Shown here: in pieces, positions 47,281 through 58,350 of the stretch | How positions within the stretch are numbered: position 1 is the stretch's first letter | How the letters are laid out: every line of letters starts with the position of its first letter | Source of the DNA: the human T2T-CHM13v2.0 reference genome, Homo sapiens | Length of the DNA: 64,000 bases | NCBI GenBank assembly: GCA_009914755.4 | Contig: CP086569.2 | Location: forward strand, 26,848,001 to 26,912,000 | Direction: 5' to 3' | Made by a program: the position numbers and the translations under genes | The notes under the pieces: generated by a model | What the model was told of the DNA's origin: nothing | Database searches by the model: none | The model's input: only the letters and a program-made list of their open reading frames with translations

Positions 47281-49268
47281 TGTATCTGTTTATATTTCAA
47301 TGCCAAAATATTTTAAATGACTTTTTAATGATGTGTATAATTTTTCCAAGTTTAGAAATAAACTCCATTTGTTTGCTTTCACATATTTTGTACATTTGTT
47401 TTTATCTTAATAAACTGAGTCTATTGACAGAACTATGAAGATGCTTATTTATACCATATCTCATGTTCTACATGTCCAGTTTAGCAAATATGCATTATCC
47501 ACTTATTTGCTAAAAGCCATCCTTTTTTCTCTTCATAATTTAGATGATTCTCAAATATCACACATCATTTTGCAATCTGATTCTAACTTCTATACTGCCA
47601 AATGGTCTGCAAAATTAACCTAAAAAAAAAAAAAAAAACAAACAAAATAAGTGAAGGCTGACAGACTAAGTAACGTGATTCAGCTGAAGCTAGTCAATCA
47701 GAAAGTTGTACTTACCGAAACTTTTGGTCTGGAGGGTTGGAGAGGCTGTGCCTTGACTCAGTGGGTGATTGCTGGGGCATTCTGTCAGAACAAGGACTGG
47801 GGAACCCACATGTAATCTGTCCAGACCTAAGGTTCAGAAGGAACCAAGGCAAGAATATTACCAGGTGCATGAAGATACCAAGCGGTTTCTAAAGAGCTCT
47901 ATTAGTTCAAAAATAAATTGTTATCCTTGCAAATAGCAAATTATGATGCATAAGATCCACAAAACTAATGATTCAAACACCTAAGTTAATTGCACTGGCA
48001 ATAATAAAATGCATGAAAGTAACAGGCAGCAAAGGAAAGACAGCTCTTAGTATCTAAACACCTCTGTGTGTAAAGGAGACACTAGACCTTGCCAGTCTGT
48101 CCTGCTGACTCTCACAGCAACCCTCTATCATGGGTGGAGAGATGGAGGGTAGCTACCCAACTCCAGAGCAGCACACAACGCTTTGTCCAGGTGGCTAACC
48201 TTCCAGATACATTTCACTTTAAGGTTCTTTTTGCTTTCGGAAAAGGGGTAGAGAAGACTTGTCTGGAGGAAATGCCACTGTGTAGCCTCAACACTGCACT
48301 GCCCATGAGTGCTTCCAGGTGCCAGTCCTTTAATCTTTAAGTTTTTTTCACTTGAGGCTGCTCAGAGACAACTCTGTCCTCTGCAAATATATGGCTTTCT
48401 AGAGAACTGGAAGTAATGTTTTTGAAAGCTTTCAGCAAGTGCAGAGATGGTGAGCTCTTTGCTGGTAGTGGGCTTTTGGTATGATGTTAACGACTCTCAG
48501 ATAGCAACTTCTGAAAGCCTTTTCCAAGGGTCTGTCCTCTTACTTAAGCTCTTTGCCTCTTGCTTAAGCTCTTTGACCCTTGCTTAGTATTAACTACAAA
48601 CTCAAGGTCAGAATTGGAAGGACTACCCTCCACAGCTCCATTTGGAAAATTTGGGATCCTTGATGTTACCATACCTCTTTTCTGTTTAAGAGAATCGTTC
48701 AAGAAATCCTGATGTATAGCACCATTGCAAGGCACCATATTGCCACTTATTAATCCACTGACAGAATGATGGATCAGATGCTGCTTTGGATTACAGTACA
48801 CTTTATTCTCTAGGGCTGCAGAGTACAAAATGCTAATTTCAAAAGTGAGTGGACACAGAAGAGAAGAAAATTCATGTAATTGAGAATATTATTGTTTTGA
48901 AAAGTTGAAGAGAGCAATAATAAGGACAAACTTCCACATTAAACAGTTTCTGATGCCATGGTAGTGATAACCACTAATATTTATTGAGGGCTTATTGTAC
49001 CAGCTACAGCTTCATGTGTCTTTTGTAACACAGTACAACTTCAGAATCCATTATGCACAATTTCCACATCCCCACAGCTCTGAAAATTGAAAATTTATTC
49101 ATAACTTAGGGGCATAGCCTAGCCAGACATGAACTCATTTGGTTAAATACTATGACCTGAAATGACGTGAACCCATATATTATCTTTATTTGCCCCGGCA
49201 TGAATATTCATACAGTTGACTGGAAAATAACTAATGCATTTCACTACAGCAGGTACTACAGAATTCAC

Positions 49269-49305
49269 ATGCTGTGGATTTCGTGTGCTGTGAAATCCAC
49301 AGCAT
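49269..49305. other. Perfect 14-bp inverted repeat with 9-nt spacer (hairpin-forming)
   Basis: 'atgctgtggatttc' gtgtgctgt 'gaaatccacagcat'. Confidence 0.8.
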
Positions 49306-52300
49306 ACGGCATGAGTTTCAGACAAAAAGTAAGAACCTGCATTCACAAAAACACTGTGGTCAAGGAATTCTCACAGCTTCCGTTTTATAGATGGGAGACT
49401 AAAGCTTATTGACCCTGGGTCACACCGTTAGCAGGTTCAAGAGCTACTGCACTTTCCTAAGGCAAAGCCAGTGCCTGTGTCTCACTGTCCTGAAATGCCT
49501 TCCAATGAAGCTGTGAGAAAGAAGCTTGCCCTCCTCATTGCATGCAAGTGCAAAAGTTCTATTCCCATTCAACTATTTTTATTAACATGAGACTATGGTT
49601 TCAGCTGTGAGAAGTTTCACAAACAGAACTGAAAGGAAAATGAGACCAGAAAGGAGAAGAAATGTGTAAAGAGTTAAAAATAAGTCAAGTGCTGGTAGAA
49701 GAGAGCAAGGAACTTATGAGGAAAAAGTGCAAAGGGGAACGAGGAAGGCTCAGAACAAGTTTGAGAAACCAGTTAACTGGTAACACAAACACACTTTCTT
49801 TGAGCTTGAAAGCAACTGAAGAAGAAAGCATCTAAGCTTCAATATCCTTATTATGAAGTAGGAAGGGGCACAGATGTATCCACAGTGAACACACAATAAT
49901 AAAATCATACCAATCATACCAATCACCACTTATTGAGTGTTTTCTTATGTCCCAGGCACTGCGTTGTAACCCATCTCCTTTCATCACTTTCATCATGGCT
50001 CAATAGGCATTATTTTCCCCATTAAAAATGAGGAAACTGAGGCCCAATGAAGTTAAGGTAACATGTCCAAGATTAAACAACTAACTTCAAAACAGGGATC
50101 CAAAAGAACAGTTGTCTGATTCTGAGAGCAATGTTCTCTTTGCTAAACTGCCTTGCTCCTCCTGTGTGTGCATATATCTATCAAGGAATCCATAAAATTA
50201 CTGAACTGCTGTTAACATTGAGGTAACAAATAGAAAAGAAATTTCTAAGATAAACCTGGAGACTTCTATGTCACCACCACGCCTTTCCCATTTGAGACAC
50301 AAGGCTCTCCCAAGCCATGAGGCACCTATGAAACAAGTGACTTTTGCTGATGATCCAGATGGTATTACCAAAGTGGATAGGGAGTTTTACTTCTAAGATG
50401 ACACACGTTTCTGTGGCTTTTCCTCTAACATAACAATTACTTAATATTCAATAAATTAGGGTCATTACATTTTCACAAGCATCAGAAGCTTTACACACAG
50501 AAAAATATTCATAGATTTAAAATGTCTCTAACCTGTCTGAGTTTGCTTCAGTTGCAATACAAAATCGGTCACCTGAATACTTAACTTTTTATGGAAGTTT
50601 GTAATCTAGTATCTGGGCCTTCAGCCACCCAGAATGCTCATTCTGAAAAGATTCAGAATCAGAAAAGAAATTATTGCAAAACAAATCACGGCTTGCTTCA
50701 CAAGGAGACGTTTTCTTATCCTGTTTGTACTCTTTTAATTGAGAATATTTATGCCAGTAAACAACAGGGTCCCTATTTTAAAAATGACAAACAGAACACA
50801 AACTAGGTGGGTTTAACAGATTTCACCATCTTTTTCAGTCATATCAAAACATTCTAGGGCATGTGGGCAGAAGACACGGTGAATGTTTGTAATCCTTAGG
50901 GTGAGAATCCAGAGATAACAGTGGAAAAAATCTGGCACTCTGAAAATTTTACATTTAGGTGTGTTTGCTTTCTTCTCCATGTTATTGCTATTATGAATAT
51001 AAGATCATATTATCACTAGAGAATTTTCTCAGATGACAAAGAGAAACTTTACTATATTTGGGGGAGTAATGTTTGATATTAAAATAAATCTGATTTGCAC
51101 AGGTGTGACTTGGGCCAAGTTTACATACTGAAGAAGTGTATTTGTATCAAAGTGGAACTGGCAAGGAGCAAGACTCACTGCATCTTGCAGTTGTACTGCA
51201 GAGCTGGCCTGTGATTTTTGAACTCCTCATGCTCAGCTATGATAGCATTTCCTGCTTTCTGCAGTTCTTTCTGAAATACCACAATTTCATGAGCCAGTGG
51301 AGCCAGATATAAGAAGGCCAAAAGAAATCCTAGTCATTATCTACCTTAAGTTTTCTTATTTCATTTAACAGAAACATTTAAACAGCTTTTACATTGTTGT
51401 TTCTTTTCTTGGTACTCATGCAATAAATATAATATTAATTCTATTTAATGATCTCAGAGTAGTCCTAACACTCAAATTTCAGAACAAAAGTATTTAGTGC
51501 ATTTTATTGCAAACGTTATTACTCTTGGAGTCCTACTCCAAGTAAAAGAACTCTTTCAAATCCTCAGATTAACCTAAATAGCTGTTTCTCTCCTATACCA
51601 TGAAGAGAAGGAGCTCTCTGTCTGGTCTACCTGTTGATGACATCCCCAACATCCAAAATAATCTGTGCATCTGTCAGCAGCAGTTGGGATCCAGGCAGAA
51701 AGCAGATGGCTCCTACAGACAAAGTCATCTAAGAGTCCTTTAATAAAGGGTGACTTATGCAGCATGCCCACAAATGTTGGGGAAGTTCCCTTACATAGTA
51801 ACAGGGCCACTCTATGAGCACTGACTACTCTAAGGAAAGTTAAAGGCTCTAGGTATTACCTCCCTCTGCTGGCAATCTGGAAGGCCATGGAGAGGTAAAA
51901 ACTACATTTATTTTGTATGTATCCTGAGAAAGAGGAAATAGCAGTAGAGGAAATTGAGGTAGGGAAGTGATAAACTCTCTGCCAAAATGTTGTTCCTTAT
52001 TTTTTTTTCTGTCTCTCTTGATTAACTTACTTTTTCATTATTGCCAAAAGAAGAGTAAGGTAGGCAGAGGTTAGAATCAAACAAATCAAATCTAAAGAAG
52101 GGAGAAAACAATATTAAAGAATATGGAGGCACATTTTTTAATGAACGAAGATTCCTGGCATATCTATTTTTGTCAATTAACAAAACATTCCCAGTTGAAA
52201 ATAAGGCTTATTGCACAAACTACAGACAGATGAGCTTTCAGTCAATCCCAGGTAAGATCTGAAGAATGAAATATTTGTGAGCACTTAAAAAAGGTGAATA

Positions 52301-52695
52301 ACACAAAAGAAATAATTTCACCCAATGCAAATAAAGTCAGACTACCATACTTTCTTTGTTGAGCATAGAGCTGGTAAAAGCTGCAGGTGTAGAACTCAGT
52401 TCTGGACATATGGAACTCAGTTACTGGACATAAACAAACAAAACTATCAGAACTGAAGGATTGAAATTAACTGCAAAATGTATGATCTGTTCAAGTATTG
52501 GTGGCCTCTCAAAATTTTCTGTCTGGTCTTACTGTAAGCTGGTGATAGCATCTCAGTCTCTTTTTCATCTTAATATTTAATATGTCAAAAGCAAAACCCT
52601 AGTGTTTTTTCCTCTTAATTTGTATTTTCTAATTATAGGTGATATCACCTTTATAAAGAAGAACTCTACTTGGCAATAAACATTAGAATATTGTG

Positions 52696-52730
<35 letters not shown>

Positions 52731-52760
52731 GTTACTGTGTATACATATATACTATATATG
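52696..52760. repeat. (TA)n microsatellite with degenerate TA-rich extension
   Basis: 'atatatatatatatatatatatatatat...tatatatgcatatatata'. Confidence 0.9.
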
Positions 52761-53041
52761 CATATATATAGTAATTTTTTTACTCTCATAATTCTGAGTT
52801 TCAAAAATAAACATGCATACTTAAAATTCAAAAGCTTCAACCCAGTGCTTCAGCACTACTTCTCTTCCTCTTAGCAAATCCATGGCTTTTACTTAAAGTT
52901 GCCTTTGGCCATAAATTTCTTTTATGTCAATCTACATAGAAAATTATTAATTTTTCGCAAGAAAACTGATGAAAGCCAAACTGATGTAAATGAATATACT
53001 GTTTTCTAAATTCCACAAAGCAACAATTTCACCTTCAAGAG

Positions 53042-53348
53042 ACTCCAACTTGGCTGGTTACTGTGGCTCACAACTGTTATCTTAGCACTTTGGGAGGCCA
53101 ATGTGGTAGGATCACCTGAGGTCAGGAGTTCAAGGCCAGCCTGTGTAGCATTGTAAAACCACATCTCTAACAAAATGCAAAAATTAGCCAGGCATCATGG
53201 CGGGAACCTGTAGTTTCTGCTACTCAGGAGGCTGAGGCAAGGGAATCACCTGAACCTGGGAGACAAAGGTGGTTGTGGTGACCTGATAATTACCATGGAA
53301 CTCCAGCCATGGTGACAGAGTGAGACTCCATCTAAAAAAAAAAAAAAA
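53042..53348 (+). mobile_element. Alu (plus)
   Basis: 'ggctggttactgtggctcacaactgttatcttagcactttgggaggcc...gtgacagagtgagactccatctaaaaaaaaaaaaaaa'. Confidence 0.9.
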
Positions 53349-53543
53349 TTCCAGACTTGAGTTTGAATTTTTTCAACCTATTGGAAAGCAAAGTTTCAAA
53401 CTTATACAACTAGATATTCTAGCTGCATACAAATTGACTCTCCTAATTACTATTTACCTGTATTTTCATATGTTCCTAACATCCCTTATGTAATATATGC
53501 TACTTAGTGCTTTAAAATCTCCAGTCCTTTATCTAAAAAAGAT

Positions 53544-53830
53544 TTTTTGACAGGTTCCTGCCCTATTGCCTAGGCTGTAGTGCACTGGCGTGGTCTTGAC
53601 CCACTACAACCTCTGCCTCCTGGCCTCAAGGGATCCTCCTACCTCAGCCCCCCGAGTAGCTGGGACTACAAGCACACACCACCAAGTCCGGCTAATTTTT
53701 TGTGTTTTTTATAGAGATGGGCTTTGTCAAGCTGCTCAGACTGCTCTTGAACCTCTGGGTTCAAATGACATGCCCACCTCAGCCTCTCAAAATGCTGGGA
53801 CTGCAGGCATAAGCCACCACACCTGGTCCC
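53544..53830 (-). mobile_element. Alu (minus)
   Basis: Poly-T, then '...gcctaggctgtagtgcactggcgtggtcttgacccactacaacctctgcctcc...gctgggactgcaggcataagccaccacacctggtccc'. Confidence 0.9.
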
Positions 53831-56178
53831 GTTAACTAAAAATTGATGAGTTCTTCAGGAAGAACCATTGAACAAAATGTGCATTCAGCAATAAAACTGC
53901 AAAAGAATATAATCCCACAGTTTTTAGTGATGGTGCTCTCTGTATGTTTCAGTTCATGGGTCATTCTGACTCAGAGTTAGCAAGCTCTTATGAACTCCTA
54001 AATGAATGGGCCATCCTTCCATTTATGTTTTCACAGAGCAAGAATTTACTACTTAACACATATCAAGCAGCATACTGGGAACAAGTTATACAAATGTAGA
54101 CAGATATAGTCACTGTCTCTAAAGACCTCACAATTTAATCAGGGAGAAATAATCACAATAAGGTATAACTTCATAACTGAGGTAAATAAAGACTGCATGC
54201 AGGAACGAGACCTAAATCATTTGCTCAGTGGGAGTCAGGGAAGATATCACCAGGGTGACAGTCCAGCTGTGTCTTGAAAGACAGTATGGTTTTATCAGGA
54301 AGAGAAAAGGATTGACATTCCAGGTGAGGAAATACAGCCATGGCGGTTTGTGTGAGGATGACAATCTTCCTCAAAGCCTTCAGAAACTCACAGTTAAATA
54401 AACAGGAATCTAGCCAGTCCCGTATCTTGCAGATGAAGTTATTAGTCTAAACACAATCCAAACATCTCAAAAAACTGTGCTTCCAACACTCATTTTTATA
54501 GCTGGAGCAAGCCCAATTCCTATCAATGCTATATAAAATTGTAAAGGGTGTGCACTTAACATTAAACAAGTAGGTCTCATTGAGAAGCCCCAAGCAAGAC
54601 TTAATGCTAGGGTAAAGCCTTGCTACTTTTAACATCTGGCAGCAGCAGTTCACGATGTAGGCCAAAAATACTGCTGTAAATCCAGTGTGGTCTAAGACAT
54701 ACACTTAGAAACAGAATATGATTTCTTAAAAAATAGATTCAATCCCACTTGCTGAAATAGACTCCCTGCCACTCCTCATCCTCACTTTCTCTTGTCCAGT
54801 TACTTCCCAGATGACCAGATCAAATGGCCACATGGATGACCTTTGCAGCCCTGGTGACTCCTTCACCCCAGGGACCTTGAACTTTGTTCATTTCCATGAC
54901 TCCATCCAATGGCAGCACAGTGCATTTGCTTTCCAGTATCCACCTGAAACCTAATCCTGCAATTCTGTACTCTTGGACAATTGTTATAATTCCACCTGCC
55001 AGTCTCTCCAGATCTAGTCCTTGATCCCTGAGACCGCTAATCCACCCTCCCTTTCCCCCTGGGTTAGCTGCCACTTGCCCCTCCTCTGCTTCCCTTCACT
55101 ATGCAAGATAAGCCCAGAATCTTCAGTTAAATAGGCTGCCATTCTCACATCAAATAAGGTAGGCTCTGCAAACCTCCAATCCTTAAACATCTTCATCTTT
55201 CCACCCTCACTGAAAGGTGAAGAAGAGATGGATGCTTAGAATTCCTCCACGGACCTACCAAAAGTAAAAATAAAAATAAAAAATAAACTCCCCTCCAAGC
55301 ACATGGTTTGGGCTTACTTAATTTCAGGCTCCCCCAACTACAGCTGGGCCCTCAATACAGGTGATCAGTCCTCTGTGCCTTAAAGAGCTGTTCTTCCGTT
55401 ACACACTTGAGCTGCTCTGTACCTCTGAGCTGCTCCTAAAACCCATGATCTAACCCTCTAATCTGCCTGAGAAGATGGAGCTTATTTAGAGTGTGCTTCT
55501 CATTATCCCAACTTGACTGTTTACCTCTGACATTCTTCCTTTTCTACTTGTCCCAGAGGAAGCAAATGTGTTTACGTTTCAAGGCCCATTCTCCTTTTTC
55601 TTTGCAATGTTGACCCCAGTTCCTATTGCTCTTCTGGGGCCTTGTTACCTCAATTGTATCATCTCATTCCTGGATCTTGAGCCAACCTACTAATAGCTGC
55701 AGGAAATAGGTACACAGTAAAATATTTGTAAATACCACCTGTTGGGAACAGTCCCCCAAAATCTGGCCATAAACTGGCCCCAAACTGGCCATAAATAAAA
55801 TCTCTGCAGCACTGTGACATGTTCATGATGGCCATAACACCCACACTGGAAGGTTGTGGGTTTACCAGAATGAGGGCAAAAAACACCTGGCCCGCCCTTG
55901 GTGGAAAACTGCTTAATGGCATTCTTAAACCACAAACAATAGCATGAGCAATCTGTGCCTTAAGGACATGCCCCTGCTGCAGATAAATAGCCAAACCCAT
56001 CCCTTTATTTTGGCTCATCCCTTCATTTCCCATAAGGGATACTTTCAATTAATCGAATATCTATAGAAACAATTCTAATGACTGGCTTGCTGTTAGTAAA
56101 TAAGTGGGCAAATCTCTGTTCAGGGCCGTCAGCTCTGAAGGCTGTGAGACCCCTGATTTCCCACTTTACACTTCTATA

Positions 56179-56182
<4 letters not shown>

Positions 56183-56218
<36 letters not shown>
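56183..56218. repeat. (TG)n microsatellite
   Basis: 'tgtgtgtg...' x ~18. Confidence 0.95.
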
Positions 56219-56219
<1 letters not shown>

Positions 56220-56426
56220 TTTAATTCCTCTAGCACTGCTGGGTTAGGGTTTCCCCAGCTGAGCTGGTCTCGGCAAGGGGCACCCATACGCAAGGGGTTG
56301 AATCCAGGTCAAAGGATCACTGGAGTGATGGTTGGAGAATGTGGAACCAGCTGGAGGACACCCAAGTACTCTTAAAGCAATCCCCTTGGTGAGTAAGAAG
56401 GGGAGTTCAGAAGCATCAGGGTAACA

Positions 56427-57610
56427 ATGGGACAAGTGCGGGCTGTGGTTAGTTCCACCTTGGAACTTTTTCACACTGATGATGGGGAGGAAGGAGAGTA
56501 TAACGAAGTAACACAGGAGGTTTCAGAGCAGGTTTATTTGCCAACTAAAGCTAAAGCGGCAAAGGAGGGAGAGGTTCATCCCTACCCTTCTGCACCCCCT
56601 CATTATTATACTGAAGAAAAAGGCCCTCCAGATCTTTCTTTTCCAGAGGACCCTGGGTGAAAACTTTTTGCCCCAGTGAGTGTTCAAGCAGCGCCTTGAG
56701 TGCTCTCAGTTCTATACAGGCAGTAATTCAGCAAGCTAGAAGAGAGGGTGATTTAGAGGCTTGGCAGTACTCTGTTAGAATACAACCCCCAGATCAGCAG
56801 GGAAATATTTGAGGCTTTTCCTTTTAAATTACTCAAGAATTTAAACAAGCTATTCATACTAAAAAAGAATGTAGAAAAAATCAGTGAGTCAGGCTGCCAG
56901 ATAGCAGGAAAAAGTAACTGCTGAGTCTGAAATGTGTCCAAAATGTAAAAAAGGAAAACATTGAGCTAGTCAGTGTCACTCTAAGTTTGATAAAGATGGG
57001 AACCCAATTTCAGGAAATGCCATGAGGTGCCAGCCCATCCCGGCCCCCACTCCAGACTGGGGCATTTCCAGCTCAGGCCATTCCTTCACCTCTGTACAAT
57101 ATCTGTCCCCTGCCACAGCCAGTAGTGTGGCAGTAGATTTATGCTGCACAAAAGCTGTGAGCCTTCCGCCTGGGGAACACCCACATAAGGTCCCAACAGG
57201 AGTCTGTGGACCCTTGCCAGTGGGAACAATAGGATCACTTTTAGGAAGGTCTAGTTTAAGTTTAAAAGAGGTACAAATACATACAGGAGTCATTGATTCA
57301 GACTACAATGGGGAAATTCAAATTGTTATGTCTACTTCTGTTCGCTGGAAAGTAGAGCCAGGAGAGTGTATAGCACAGCTCCTGATTGTGCTGTATTTGG
57401 GAATGGGAAAAAGTGAAATTAAATGAAGAGGAGGATTTGGAAGCACAAATAAACAAGGCAAAGCAGCTTATTGGGTAAATCAAATTACTGATAATTGTTC
57501 TACCTGTGAAATAAGTATTCAGGAAAATAAATTTAAAGGTTTGGTAGTTACAGGAGCAGATATTTCAAACATTTCTCTTCAGCACTGGCCGTCTGCATGG
57601 CCAATTCATT
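56427..57610 (+). mobile_element. HERV-K-like (betaretrovirus, HML-type) internal mosaic: gag fragments (PPxY-like region, CA end, NC Cys-His box), dUTPase, protease (active site mutated to VTGAD)
   Basis: ORF 56427..56660 '...SAPPHYY...'. 56700-56830 translates to 'AVIQQARREGDLEAWQYSVRIQPPDQQGNI'. 56930-57010 '[28 protein letters not shown]'. ORF 57022..57426 '...TGVCGPLPVGTIGSLLGRSSLSLKEVQIHTGVIDSDYNGEIQIVMS...' (dUTPase). 57480-57610 '...KFKGLVVTGADISNISLQHWP' (protease). A possible LTR-like segment upstream (~55690-56180) is not confirmed. Confidence 0.7.
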
Positions 57611-58099
57611 GTACATGAAACTGACTAATGAATGGACTCTTTTTAAAAGAACACAATAAGCATGTATTTTCTATTTCTCAGTTACTTTTTTTAAAATTGG
57701 AAATTAATGTGGGATTTTATTCATATCCTTCTATTTTTCTTTTCCTTTAGCTAATATTAATTTTTTGACTCCTAGATGACAGGCAGTCATATATTGTAGG
57801 TATCACAATGAACAAAAGACAGTGAGACAATTTGTAAGCTTTAATGAAGCTTATAGTCTTTATCAGTCAGGGTCTTAGCAAATAACAGATGGCATACTGA
57901 AAAGTTACTACTACTCCTAGGCCTAAAGTGTCAAGGGGAGGAAATCCTTTCTGGAACCCACAGTGAAAGTTCTATCTGTATGAAAGTTTTGACCACAGGA
58001 GCTATTAACAGATAGACAAATCAGCCCAGACAACTTGCAGCCTATAAGGGAAGGAAACAAAGGAATTAGTACTTCATTCTCTCCTTCCACCCTCAGATA

Positions 58100-58350
58100 T
58101 CTTGCCAGTAGTTTCCTTTGGCCAAATCTAGTTGGAATCCAGAGGGTAAAGAAACCCAAGCAGGCCAGCTTCATGGAAAACACTACAATATGGAACGAGA
58201 TAGAGAATCAATCTATAGCAGATATCTAGCCAGTATTTTCCTTTGGCCAAATCTAGTTGGAAGCCAGAGGGTAAAGAAGCCCAAGCAAGCCAGATTTATG
58301 GAAAATAGTACAACATGGAAACAGATAGAGAATCAATCTGTAGCAAAAAC
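58100..58350. repeat. Tandem duplication, 2 units of ~127 bp (~85-88% identical)
   Basis: Unit 1 58100-58227 '...tttcctttggccaaatctagttggaatccagagggtaaagaaacccaagcaggccagcttcatggaaaacactacaatatggaacgagatagagaatcaatctatagcag...'. Unit 2 58228-58350 '...ttttcctttggccaaatctagttggaagccagagggtaaagaagcccaagcaagccagatttatggaaaatagtacaacatggaaacagatagagaatcaatctgtagcaa...'. Confidence 0.85.

Noticed and set aside
54780-56180. Candidate LTR upstream of the HERV-K-like fragment
   Set aside because: It looks repeat-like ('tgttgggaacagtcccccaaaatctggccataaactggcc...') and ends at the (TG)n tract before the gag-like sequence. I could not identify a matching 3' copy, a TG...CA boundary or a Lys-type PBS, so it is left unannotated as a feature.
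58100-58350. Possible CRISPR-like repeat array
   Set aside because: This is eukaryotic (primate) DNA. There are only two imperfect 127-bp units with no unique spacers. It is a simple tandem duplication.
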